Shown: positions 30,712 to 40,106, numbered from the stretch's first letter. The stretch: DNA of 64,000 bases from an uncultured Erysipelotrichaceae bacterium (GCA_902777015.1 CACYSA010000006.1:33502-97501); one strand, 5' to 3'. Notes: generated by a model not told the origin, from the letters alone. Numbers and translations: made by a program.

Positions 30712-31523
30712 TTGATAAATAACCCCACTAAAGAGAAGATGCCCATTAATAATAAGAAGTGACTAGCGTAAATGACTAAGGAATGACGACCAACAAAGCA
30801 AATTGGTTTTTCCCAGTTATATCTTTTGAAATATGATTTCTTTTCTTTACTATAAGTAAATTTAGATAATAACGCTCCACCAAAGAAGAAACCTAGATAC
30901 GGGAATAATGGCATATAATCCGCTTGTAAATAAGCAGGATTTTCTGGTTTCCAAAGGAATGGAACATAAGCCTCTTTACCCCAATCAGTCCATGATAAGG
31001 CATAGCATATCGGATGTAAGCATAAACCAATGATGCCGATGATCATGAGCCATTTCCAGTTCTTTTCTTGAACAAAGCAATATAACAACGTCGACCAAGC
31101 TAAAACACCGATGATGTTGAAATCAACACGCATTGATTTAACACCCCATGATAAATCATAAGTACTTCTAATGCTTTCTAAAATGTTAGAACCAATAAAG
31201 ATAATGGCCCACAAGGCAATCATTTGACCCGCTCTTTTCCAGTTGTTTTTAGAGAAAGCACATGAAATACCACTGACAAAGCAGAAGCCACCTAAGCATA
31301 TCCATCTCACCACTGTTCTAACTGGATTAGTCCAATAAAAATCCGCAACTTGATAGATACCAAAAAATGGTTGAGTATGAGCCTCTCCTGCCCAACCACC
31401 ATTAAATGATCTTAATAAATTAAAAATATGGTCAAGAACTACTAAGCACATTAATAGTCCACGGATGAAGTCTATTTCATGAATGCGCTTTTCAAATGGT
31501 GTTCTTTTGATTTCTTCTTCCAT
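30708..31523 (-). CDS. Membrane acyltransferase, DUF1624/HGSNAT-like
   Basis: N-terminal R..EIDFIRGLLMCLVVLDH motif typical of acyltransferase-3/DUF1624. Overlaps the acyl-CoA ligase stop by 4 bp. Confidence 0.45.
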   Translation of the reverse strand: MEEEIKRTPFEKRIHEIDFIRGLLMCLVVLDHIFNLLRSFNGGWAGEAHTQPFFGIYQVADFYWTNPVRTVVRWICLGGFCFVSGISCAFSKNNWKRAGQMIALWAIIFIGSNILESIRSTYDLSWGVKSMRVDFNIIGVLAWSTLLYCFVQEKNWKWLMIIGIIGLCLHPICYALSWTDWGKEAYVPFLWKPENPAYLQADYMPLFPYLGFFFGGALLSKFTYSKEKKSYFKRYNWEKPICFVGRHSLVIYASHFLLLMGIFSLVGLFIK

Positions 31524-31637
31524 AATGTTAACTAGTATAGCACTTACTATGCTATAAGCATATTGTTTTTAAGATTACTATTGCTTAAATTTGTTACATC
31601 AAAACAATAAAAACTCTACAATTTTGAAGTAGAGTCT

Positions 31638-32780
31638 TTAGCTTGAATGTCTTCTATCGTGACCTGATTTTAAGTAGAAATCAGCTTTATCTTTATACAT
31701 TAATTTTTCTGCTTCTTTCATCGCTTCATCAAATGTTATCGGATTATTTTCTTTATCAATGAAATAATAACCAATTGCCGCGGAATAAGTTGATTCTCTT
31801 AATTTTTCTTTGATTTGATAAACAGTATGAGCGAGTATTTCTTGACGACCGTTGAACATCAAGATGAGGAATTCATCACCACTTATACGATAAACACACA
31901 TGCTTGTTTCATCAATGCAGTTTTCAAAAATACTAGCGATTTCAATAAGTGCGTTATCACCCACACCATGACCATAATGGTCATTTAAGAATTTTAATTC
32001 GTTCATGTCGATTTGAACAACGCCATTAATCAAAGATCTATAACGGGAAATATCTTCATAATATGTTCTTCTATCGTAAAGATGTGTTAATGGGTCTCTA
32101 GACGTATTAACGGAAACAATAAAGATGTAGTTAGTCATCGCACATATGGCACTGACGATATTTAATAAATCGTTTCTATTAACAAGCATTTCTACGATAA
32201 CAGTCACACTGATAATTGCTACACAAAGAATAATAACGACACCATCACGACGATGTTTGCCATGGAACCTTAACGCTCCAACATAGATAAGAACACCTAA
32301 ATAGAATGCCGAGATGATATGTGAAACGAAATTCAATGGGGATCCTCTTATAAAAGATGCTGTTCCATCAGCGTTCATTTGATAATAGAAAATGATTTTT
32401 GAAATACCAGGAACACCAAAGAATAATGGGAGTATATACACTACCGCATTAGCCATAAGAGGTATCAAACATATTCTATAGAATAATTTGCTTCTTTTTT
32501 GATCCATATTGGCTAATAAGATAAAAACAAATAAAAGAATTGGTCTAGTGATATAGCCTAACGAAGTAAATATCGTACCAAGATAAATGTTACCAATCAC
32601 TTGGGAATATTTTTCAATTTCCACGACGATAGATAAGAATAAGACAATGATAATAAAAGAGATGAAAAGTAAACTTTCCTTTTTTCTCACTCTGATATTG
32701 CGTAAAGAAATGAAAAGTATCACTACCGCAACAGCGAATAAAGGAATGTTATTTGTTAGATATTTGACGAATTCATTCAT
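31638..32780 (-). CDS. Membrane sensor with GGDEF-type domain (degenerate SGDEF)
   Basis: Five or six TM helices followed by a GGDEF domain reading RISGDEF. Confidence 0.65.
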   Translation of the reverse strand: MNEFVKYLTNNIPLFAVAVVILFISLRNIRVRKKESLLFISFIIIVLFLSIVVEIEKYSQVIGNIYLGTIFTSLGYITRPILLFVFILLANMDQKRSKLFYRICLIPLMANAVVYILPLFFGVPGISKIIFYYQMNADGTASFIRGSPLNFVSHIISAFYLGVLIYVGALRFHGKHRRDGVVIILCVAIISVTVIVEMLVNRNDLLNIVSAICAMTNYIFIVSVNTSRDPLTHLYDRRTYYEDISRYRSLINGVVQIDMNELKFLNDHYGHGVGDNALIEIASIFENCIDETSMCVYRISGDEFLILMFNGRQEILAHTVYQIKEKLRESTYSAAIGYYFIDKENNPITFDEAMKEAEKLMYKDKADFYLKSGHDRRHSS

Positions 32781-32879
32781 ATTGGTATTCTACATTTTTG
32801 ATAATAAATGGTAAATAATTAAATTTTTAACACATAATGCTTTAAAAGCATTGTGATGGCGTTTTTCTCGATATTATCA

Positions 32880-33540
32880 CAATTATTTACACCTCATATC
32901 AAAAAAGTAGCGAGTCTCCAAGCACGCCTCCAACGTTATTCCCACCCATGAATTTAATTGTGGGAAGCAACTTTTATTACTGAAATCTTATCGTATCTCT
33001 TACGCTACATTGAAATCGCTATTCAAAAAGACAATTTCCGTTATTATTCAACGCCTAAGAAACGTCGAAAAATAAAAACGCCTCAACCGAAGTGTTAATA
33101 TTTGTCAAGCAGGCCAGCCTAATTAAGGAAACTACTAAATCGTTCCAGGTGTTAAGTGGATTCGGTTTCCCCCTGCATCGCTTTGTGCCATTCAGGAGAA
33201 TGCGCCGTGGTCGTTACGCTGAATTTCCACCTTTGACATTTGTATTATAGCAATTAAAAGAAAACATCTCAAACGAGACGTTTATATCAAACAGGGCGGT
33301 GAATCATGAATCGCTGACTCCATTCACGATGAATGCGCCGTGGTCGAACACCGACTTTCCACCTTTGATAATGCCAAGCAGGCCAGCCTAATTAAGGAAG
33401 CGACTGGAACGTTAGAGGTCATCTATTGGCTTCCCCCTGCATCGCGTAATGACTATAAGTCTCCACCCTTTACGAGTGCGCCGTGGTCGACTGCTGAATC
33501 TCCACCTTTGGCATAATTATTCTAAAAGAATGTGTATCGA
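32880..33540. repeat. GC-rich non-coding region with internal direct repeats; candidate structured RNA or decayed element
   Basis: No ORF of 60 aa or more on either strand across about 650 bp despite the AT-rich genome. Repeated blocks GAATGCGCCGTGGTCG...TTCCACCTTTGA (x3), AAGCAGGCCAGCCTAATTAAGGAA (x2) and TTCCCCCTGCATCGC (x2). Confidence 0.5.
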
Positions 33541-33543
33541 TTT

Positions 33544-33909
33544 TCAATCGTTATTTTTAACTGGATATATCGTAACAACTGATTCTTTCTTATTCTTTTT
33601 TACTTCAGTAACTATCTTCAAATACTTCAATCTTTCTTTTTTCTTTCCTCTTTTTCCTATATAGGTTTTAAATTTTCGTCCATTCCTATCATTCTTCAAA
33701 GATTCTTTATCGCGTAAAATCGTAGGAATAACAGCAACATCTTTAACATGGATATGATGTTCTTTGTTTGCAATGTGTTCAAAAATAGTTTCGTCTCTTT
33801 TATCTACATCAAAACGAACTTCTCCTCCATTAGAAGTCTTTAGAGGTACGGGTAGCGCCTTTAATGCAGATATTACATTCTGATCATATTCTTTATTCTT
33901 TTTAGGCAT
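33544..33909 (-). CDS. Small basic hypothetical protein
   Basis: Lys-rich, no TM. Preceded by a copy of the shared palindromic motif. Confidence 0.4.
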   Translation of the reverse strand: MPKKNKEYDQNVISALKALPVPLKTSNGGEVRFDVDKRDETIFEHIANKEHHIHVKDVAVIPTILRDKESLKNDRNGRKFKTYIGKRGKKKERLKYLKIVTEVKKNKKESVVTIYPVKNND

Positions 33910-34248
33910 ATTTAAAGGATAACATCTTATTACATATATGTCATTATAAATTCACAGAATTTAATCAATGATATAATATCACTATAATTGTCCGGATAAG
34001 GCAAGAAAAAAGGACTGATATTTTGTATCAATCCTATTTAATCAAGTTGGCAAGGTTTCAGTGTTTTGATACACATGGAACAAAGCAGAAACCCGTGGAA
34101 CAGACTGCCACTTTGACTTATTAATATAAAGACTTAATGAATCGAGATTATAGTCATTGTTTGAAATTTAGCACTAGCAAAGAAGAAGGCCACGCCATCT
34201 ATAATCGCACCTTAGAATTATCAAATAAAAAACTAATCTAAAGATTGA

Positions 34249-34509
34249 TTAGAGTTTGAAGGAACATCTACAGTCTTGACATTTACAGAATCTACCATTA
34301 CCAGTGCTAAAGTATGTGTAGTTTTTGCTACCACAGTTAGGGCACTTATCACTGGAACAAACACCACCACCACTGATGACTTCTAATTGTTCATCAGTTA
34401 ATTCAACGCCTTCTTGCTTTGCAAGATTGAGTAGCTCATCATGGTTTTTGCACTCTCTTAATTTGGCAATCTGTTCGTCAGTTAAGCCTTTTAATAATTC
34501 TTCTTTCAT
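34249..34509 (-). CDS. Leader-peptide-type precursor: Nif11-like leader, double-glycine cleavage site, Cys-rich core
   Basis: From the internal Met (RBS AAAGGAGA): MKEELLKGLTDEQIAKLRECKNHDELLNLAKQEGVELTDEQLEVISGG, then core GVCSSDKCPNCGSKNYTYFSTGNGRFCKCQDCRCSFKL (7 Cys). Confidence 0.5.
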   Translation of the reverse strand: MKEELLKGLTDEQIAKLRECKNHDELLNLAKQEGVELTDEQLEVISGGGVCSSDKCPNCGSKNYTYFSTGNGRFCKCQDCRCSFKL

Positions 34510-34663
34510 TATCAAAGTTCTCCTTTGTTGCTTGTATGTTAACATGGTAGTTGTCACAGAAGTGCCACAAAAGAAAAAGGATTGATTAATCAATCCTACA
34601 TTTTCTAAGTTGGCCTAAATGGGCAGAAATGATACAATTGAACACTTCTCAAAAAGCCGAACG

Positions 34664-35308
34664 CTATTTCTTTAATAGCTTTTTAAGCTCTTTTTTGCTT
34701 TGGTCTATATCCCCAGTAAGTAATGGGATTAGTTTTTTAATTTCTTCAATATCTTTGTCCCACCACTTGAGTTCCAAAAGAAGATCAATTGTTTCTTTAT
34801 CAAATCTATATTTCTTAACAACTGCGGGATTACCTACGACAACCGCATAAGGAGGAACGTCTTTTGCCACAACCGCATTAGCGCCAATAACTGCACCGTC
34901 GCCAATATGGACTCCTGGAAGAATTGTGGCATTTTGTCCAATCCAAACATCATTACCTACGACTGTATCTCCACGGTTGCCTCTATCTCCAAATGATCTA
35001 GATAGACCTTTGAATTCGTCAATGATTTCAAAAGGATAAGTTGTTAAACAATCTAACATATGATTAGCGCCATTCATGACAAATTCCACGCCTCTTGCAA
35101 TAGCAACAAACTTGCCTATGATAAGTTTATCGCCCATAAAATCGTAATGATGAGTAACGTGTTTTTCAAACGATTCTGGACCATCTTCGCTATCATCATA
35201 ATATGAATAATCACCCACAATAATGTTTGGTCTAGTGATTACGCTTTTGATATAGCAAAAGGTTTTAAATTGTGCATTTGGGTAAATTGGTTTCATTTCT
35301 TTTTTCAT
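34664..35308 (-). CDS. Hexapeptide-repeat xenobiotic acetyltransferase (Vat/streptogramin-A acetyltransferase-like)
   Basis: Left-handed beta-helix hexapeptide repeats ([31 protein letters not shown]) with an N-terminal Vat-like region (VGDYSYY...). Confidence 0.6.
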   Translation of the reverse strand: MKKEMKPIYPNAQFKTFCYIKSVITRPNIIVGDYSYYDDSEDGPESFEKHVTHHYDFMGDKLIIGKFVAIARGVEFVMNGANHMLDCLTTYPFEIIDEFKGLSRSFGDRGNRGDTVVGNDVWIGQNATILPGVHIGDGAVIGANAVVAKDVPPYAVVVGNPAVVKKYRFDKETIDLLLELKWWDKDIEEIKKLIPLLTGDIDQSKKELKKLLKK

Positions 35309-35620
35309 AACAGTATGATAGCAAAAAAATAAAAGGACTGACACTTTGTATCAATTCTATTTAACTAAGTTGGGTTTGGCTAACAGGAAATATGCCTACT
35401 TTTTGAAAAACCTAACAGGAAAAATGCCTATCCAGTAGATACTATTTAAGCAATTTAACCATGTTATTGCTTTTCAAGAGCCTCCCTAAGCCCCTATAAA
35501 AGTATAATACAAATCTCTTCTTTTAGAAAAGTGAGTCCTAAGTTTCTGGAAAATGAAATGGATGTTCCTTCATGTCTTTTAACATCCCTTTAACTAGATA
35601 GTTTTTCAACAGCCCCTTTT

Positions 35621-36226
35621 TTATTTCTTTAAGAAATAGTAGATCATTATCGCAGCTTCTAGCGGCACCCCGACAAGGAATAACATCCAAGCATAATAAT
35701 TGCTGATTAATAGTTGTAAGAATCCAACCAGCAAAATTGACCACATTAAAATAGACAAACTGATTGACATAGCAAACCTATAATCACGTCTTTTTAAAAA
35801 TATAGACACGATAATCGCACATAATGGTATCGCATATATAAAGGCAATCCAGAATGTACTCGCATTACTGATATCTCTTAACGAAGCAATCAGAAACACA
35901 ACTGTAGCGATGGTGAATACAGAGATACAAAGCAAAATAGTGACGAGAAGTCCGTTGATAAACATCTTACTAGACTTTTTCACAAACTTCTTTTGTTCAT
36001 CTTCGTTCTCATGGAAGAAGTAGTCGATTTGGACATCAAAAAGGTTCGCTAAAGCAAGCAAAGCGTCTGGATCTGGACTGGATTCACCTCTCTCCCATTT
36101 GGAGATTGCCTTATCTGAGTAGTCCATTTTCTCAGCGAGTTCTAATTGAGTCCACTTTTTCCCTTTTCTTAAAAAAGTTATGTTCCCGCCTATGATTTCT
36201 TTAATGTCACGTGTATTTTTTGTCAC
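35621..36226 (-). CDS. Membrane-anchored XRE-family HTH transcriptional regulator
   Basis: N-terminal HTH_XRE (LRKGKKWTQLELAEKMDYSDKAISKWERG) followed by four TM helices. Confidence 0.65.
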   Translation of the reverse strand: MTKNTRDIKEIIGGNITFLRKGKKWTQLELAEKMDYSDKAISKWERGESSPDPDALLALANLFDVQIDYFFHENEDEQKKFVKKSSKMFINGLLVTILLCISVFTIATVVFLIASLRDISNASTFWIAFIYAIPLCAIIVSIFLKRRDYRFAMSISLSILMWSILLVGFLQLLISNYYAWMLFLVGVPLEAAIMIYYFLKK

Positions 36227-36235
36227 AAAAAATCT

Positions 36236-36275
36236 TCTCTACGAATTGTAGAATATAAATTCTACGAAAAATATT
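36236..36275. promoter_or_regulatory. Overlapping palindromes (TCTAC-N5-GTAGA and GTAGAAT-ATAA-ATTCTAC) in the divergent XRE / GT4 promoter region
   Basis: Sequence TCTACGAATTGTAGAATATAAATTCTACGAA lies between the XRE start (36226) and the GT4 gene start (36320). Confidence 0.4.
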
Positions 36276-36319
36276 TTATCAGTTTATATTGTTTTTTCAA
36301 TTAAAGGAATAATCTATTC

Positions 36320-38248
36320 GTGTTCGAAGGGTTTATGAAAGTTCTTGTAGTAGCAGATGTATTAGGAGAAGAGAATAACGGCACCACTATCGCGTGTATG
36401 AATTTAGTAAGATATATGTCGTCTCAAGGCGATGATGTCAAAATCTTATGTGCGGATCGCGATAAAAAAGGTAACCATAATTATTTTGTTGTACCAGAAC
36501 TAAATTTAGGTTACATCATCAATTACTTTGTTCATAAAAACAATGTTGTATTGGCTAAACCAACTAAGAAAATAATACGAAAAGCATTAGATGGTGTTGA
36601 TGTTGTTCACATTATGATGCCTTTCGCATTGGGTAGAGCAGCATTAAAAGAAGCAAGAAAAAGAGGCATTCCAGTTACTGCTGGGTTCCACTGCCAAGCC
36701 GAGAATTTTACATCTCACCTTGGATTAATGAACGTCCCACTAGCAAATAATCTCACATATAAGAATTTCTATAATCATTTTTATAAATACGTGGACGCTA
36801 TTCACTATCCAACTGATTTTATTAGAGAATATTTTGAACGTGTCATAAAAAGAAAAACAAATTCATATGTCATCTCTAATGGCGTGAATCATCAATATAA
36901 GAAATATAAATTGGAGAGAAAAGGTAAACTAGCCAATCACTTTAATATCTTGTTTATTGGTAGATATTCAAAAGAAAAAACACACCCGTTGCTTATAAAA
37001 GCGGTTTCTTTATCAAAGCACAAGGATGATATTCAACTTATTTTTGCTGGTCAAGGTCCGTATGCAAACAGCATGAAAAAACTTTCAAAAGAATTAGGGA
37101 TTATTCCACCGATCATGAAGTTTTATTCAAGACAAGATTTAGTGAAAGTTATCAATTCATGTGACTTATATGTCCATCCAGCAGAAATTGAAATTGAAGC
37201 TATCTCCTGTTTAGAAGCTATTACATGTGGATTAGTACCAGTAATATCTGATTCAGAGAGAAGTGCGACTAATAAATTTGCTTTGAGTGAAAAGAATCTC
37301 TTCAAATACGATTCTCCAGAAGATTTAGCGAATAAAATTGATTACTGGATTGAACATCCTGAAGAAAAAGAAGAATGTTCTAAACAATATCTCGGTTATA
37401 CAAAACAGTTCGAACAAAAATACTGTATGGAAAAGACGAGAAATATGATTCTCTCTTATACAAAAAAAGATTGTTATACAACTCAAGAGAAAAGATATTA
37501 CCAAGATGAAATAAACGATGACTTCGCAAATAACGGTATTGTCGCAAAACATAATAAAGTTGGATATAAATATATCCATAAGAATATTTTCTTTAGATTT
37601 TTCTCTACTTTATTAAGAACAATTGCCAGACCATTAATCTGGTTGATGAACAAGATTGTTTATAAGCAAAAGATAGTTAATAAAAAGATATTAAAGAAAT
37701 ATAAGAAGAGTGGTTACTTCATATATGCTAATCACACTACTTCTATGGGTGATGCTTATACTCCAAATATCTTATCGAGAAAGAATTACATCCTAGTAGG
37801 TGAAGAAGCCACAAGCATACCATTTGTTAGAACGATAGTTTCAATGTTAGGGGCACTGCCAATCCCATATCACAGTGAAAATATCAAACCATTCTTAGAT
37901 TCAGTTCAATATTATATAAAAGATAAGAAAGCCTCTATTACCATCTATCCAGAAGCACATATCTGGCCAACATATACAAAAATAAGAAACTTCAAACATG
38001 CATCATTTAGATATCCAGTTGACCTAAATGTTCCTTGCTTCTCTATCACTAATACATATAGACCAGGAAAGAATCCAAAGAAGCCAAAACTCGTTTCAAT
38101 CATCGATGGTCCATTCTATCCAAACCCATCTCTTAATCGAGCGGATGCGATTAAAGATTTAAGAGACCAAATATATGAAAATATGGTAAAAAGGGCAGCA
38201 GAAGTCCCACAAATTGAACAAATTCGATATATTAAAGTCGAAAAATAA
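36320..38248 (+). CDS. Bifunctional GT4 glycosyltransferase / PlsC-like acyltransferase fusion
   Basis: N-terminal GT4 domain (E-x7-E: EIEAISCLEA; FIGRYSKEK). C-terminal acyltransferase H(x)4D (ANHTTSMGD). Confidence 0.6.
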   Translation: MFEGFMKVLVVADVLGEENNGTTIACMNLVRYMSSQGDDVKILCADRDKKGNHNYFVVPELNLGYIINYFVHKNNVVLAKPTKKIIRKALDGVDVVHIMMPFALGRAALKEARKRGIPVTAGFHCQAENFTSHLGLMNVPLANNLTYKNFYNHFYKYVDAIHYPTDFIREYFERVIKRKTNSYVISNGVNHQYKKYKLERKGKLANHFNILFIGRYSKEKTHPLLIKAVSLSKHKDDIQLIFAGQGPYANSMKKLSKELGIIPPIMKFYSRQDLVKVINSCDLYVHPAEIEIEAISCLEAITCGLVPVISDSERSATNKFALSEKNLFKYDSPEDLANKIDYWIEHPEEKEECSKQYLGYTKQFEQKYCMEKTRNMILSYTKKDCYTTQEKRYYQDEINDDFANNGIVAKHNKVGYKYIHKNIFFRFFSTLLRTIARPLIWLMNKIVYKQKIVNKKILKKYKKSGYFIYANHTTSMGDAYTPNILSRKNYILVGEEATSIPFVRTIVSMLGALPIPYHSENIKPFLDSVQYYIKDKKASITIYPEAHIWPTYTKIRNFKHASFRYPVDLNVPCFSITNTYRPGKNPKKPKLVSIIDGPFYPNPSLNRADAIKDLRDQIYENMVKRAAEVPQIEQIRYIKVEK

Positions 38249-38284
38249 AGGGGCTGTTGAAAAACCTAATAAAATAAGAAAAAA

Positions 38285-38317
38285 AGCGAATTTGCCTAGG
38301 CATTTTCGCTGTTTCTT
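38285..38317. terminator. Bidirectional terminator between convergent genes
   Basis: AGCGAATTTGCCTAGGCATTTTCGCT hairpin followed by GTTTCTT. Confidence 0.5.
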
Positions 38318-38411
38318 CATTATGGCAGGGTGTAAAGATTTTAATACAACGCTACACCTTGGAACAAAATGCTACAGTGTGGAACATCCACTACTCGAGA
38401 GCATGATGATA

Positions 38412-39758
38412 TTATATTTTTTTGTAATAAGCGTTTTTATCTGCTTCCTCGTTGATGGTTTTATTAATCAACTCTTTCATCATTTCTTTTGTTATTTCTT
38501 TATCATCAACAAAGCCACCAAGAGGTGCTATTTCCATCAACCTATCGAGATGTAATTTCGCCTCTTCAAAATGATGATTTTCAGCAAGCGCCAAAGCAAA
38601 ATAATACTCAATTTGTTTATAACTATAAATACATGAATCTCTACCAGTGTAGTCTTTATTTTGAATAAGTTCTTTGTATAGTTGTGTTGCTTTACCAACA
38701 TCATCACAATAGACAGCACAAATCATAAGATAATATTTGTAATAATCTACATTGCTCGTTTCGCATAGATTTTTAAACAAAGGATAGGCTTGATTATATT
38801 CTTTTTCATCAAATAATCTTAATGCTTTTATTTGATTCTTTTCTTCTTTAGAAGAAGCAATATATGTGGGTTCAATTTTGATATTATTATCTTTTAAAGA
38901 TTCTAAAAATAGGTTTTGCCTAAAAATAATACCTTCAACTGGCAATATACAAATTATTTCACCACCATGATTAGCAACATATATTCTCATGGTTGGATTG
39001 GTTTTGACATATACAACTGCTATCTCACTAAGTTTTGCTTCTTTGGTTTTAAAAACATCGACATATTTATAAACACCGTTTTTGAAAGAGAAACAGCCTC
39101 GTTTATAAACAATCAATCCGAGCAAACCAATCACTAAGAAAAGAAGGCCTATAAAACACATCGGATAATTATGTGGAGGAATAATATTCAACAAGCAGAA
39201 AATAAGGAATTCAATTGAGACAATTAATCCAAGAGAAAAGGAAAGAATAAAGAGTATTTGAGCGAATCTAGGATAATAGATTGCAAATTCTTTTGGATTA
39301 TTTTCTGGCTTCTTAAATTGAATAATTGCAAACATCAAAACAAGAAGGGATGCAGAAAATGGAATGGTAATAAAGATTGTTGAAACAACCAAATCGTTTT
39401 TTCTGTAATATTCCATTACATCAAAGAAGACCTGATCACCACGTTTTAATATATAAATAATTGTGTACGTTGACTTCCCAGATTGTTCTCTTAGTTTAAT
39501 ATTGACCGAATCGCCACTATTCAATTGGCTTAGCAAAGTAAAATCAACTCCGTTTGATTCGTAAGCTATATAAGTTATGTCATCGTTATAAAATGTCAAA
39601 TAAGCATTATTATCATCAAACTCAACGGTTTGAACTGTTTTATCTACTTCATAAAACACTTTTGGCTTTAAAGAGAAACCTGTAATAACCGCTCCAACAA
39701 TGGCAAACACTAACGCTAATATAAGCTTTCCTAAGTTCTTTTTGATAAAGCTTTTCAT
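38412..39758 (-). CDS. Membrane protein with C-terminal TPR-like helical repeats
   Basis: N-terminal TM helix, central cluster of four TM helices, C-terminal Tyr/Leu-rich helical repeat region. Confidence 0.4.
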   Translation of the reverse strand: MKSFIKKNLGKLILALVFAIVGAVITGFSLKPKVFYEVDKTVQTVEFDDNNAYLTFYNDDITYIAYESNGVDFTLLSQLNSGDSVNIKLREQSGKSTYTIIYILKRGDQVFFDVMEYYRKNDLVVSTIFITIPFSASLLVLMFAIIQFKKPENNPKEFAIYYPRFAQILFILSFSLGLIVSIEFLIFCLLNIIPPHNYPMCFIGLLFLVIGLLGLIVYKRGCFSFKNGVYKYVDVFKTKEAKLSEIAVVYVKTNPTMRIYVANHGGEIICILPVEGIIFRQNLFLESLKDNNIKIEPTYIASSKEEKNQIKALRLFDEKEYNQAYPLFKNLCETSNVDYYKYYLMICAVYCDDVGKATQLYKELIQNKDYTGRDSCIYSYKQIEYYFALALAENHHFEEAKLHLDRLMEIAPLGGFVDDKEITKEMMKELINKTINEEADKNAYYKKI

Positions 39759-39824
39759 GAATAAATCTTATCACTAAAATATGTTCCATTTAACAAAAAG
39801 AAATATCAAAAGCTTATTCAAAAG

Positions 39825-40043
39825 TTATCGTTCAATCTTTTCTACATCAGAACCATAATCGCAAGCTCTTTTTTTCATCCTGAAAATGCTTTCCTCCATT
39901 TTGTATTTGAAGGCTATTTTGCGTTCAATCTCGATGTAATCTTCAATTGTGATCTCTCCCTTATTTAACAATTCTTCAAAACTAACCATAACTACTAGGT
40001 AGTTATGCACCCTTGCTGCGTATTCACGATTTATGCCTTCCAT
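39825..40043 (-). CDS. Small hypothetical protein
   Basis: 72 aa, charged. Upstream tandem direct repeat. Confidence 0.3.
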   Translation of the reverse strand: MEGINREYAARVHNYLVVMVSFEELLNKGEITIEDYIEIERKIAFKYKMEESIFRMKKRACDYGSDVEKIER

Positions 40044-40106
40044 CTTAGTGGACCTCCTATTATTTCCACTAATCGCTCTAAGTAAAAAAATGGAAGAAAA
40101 ATTTAA

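Noticed and set aside
33207-33245. TTGACA in CTTTGACATTTGTATTATAGC read as a -35 promoter element
   Set aside because: No properly spaced -10 element follows. The hexamer is simply part of the repeated block.
32880-33540. Possible CRISPR array suggested by recurring GCGCCGTGGTCG / TTCCACCTTTGA blocks
   Set aside because: The repeats are irregular in length and spacing, only two or three copies exist, the units are composite, and no cas genes are present.
33449-33664. ORF 33449..33664 (+)
   Set aside because: It starts inside the repeat region and overlaps the 121-aa minus-strand gene. Composition is implausible.
34249-34593. Long 114-aa version of the precursor ORF starting at 34593
   Set aside because: The first 28 codons have no RBS and overlap the conserved upstream palindrome. 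The internal Met at 34509 has a strong RBS.
38214-38555. ORF 38214..38555 (+)
   Set aside because: It spans a terminator and runs antisense into the 3' end of the 448-aa gene. No RBS is present.
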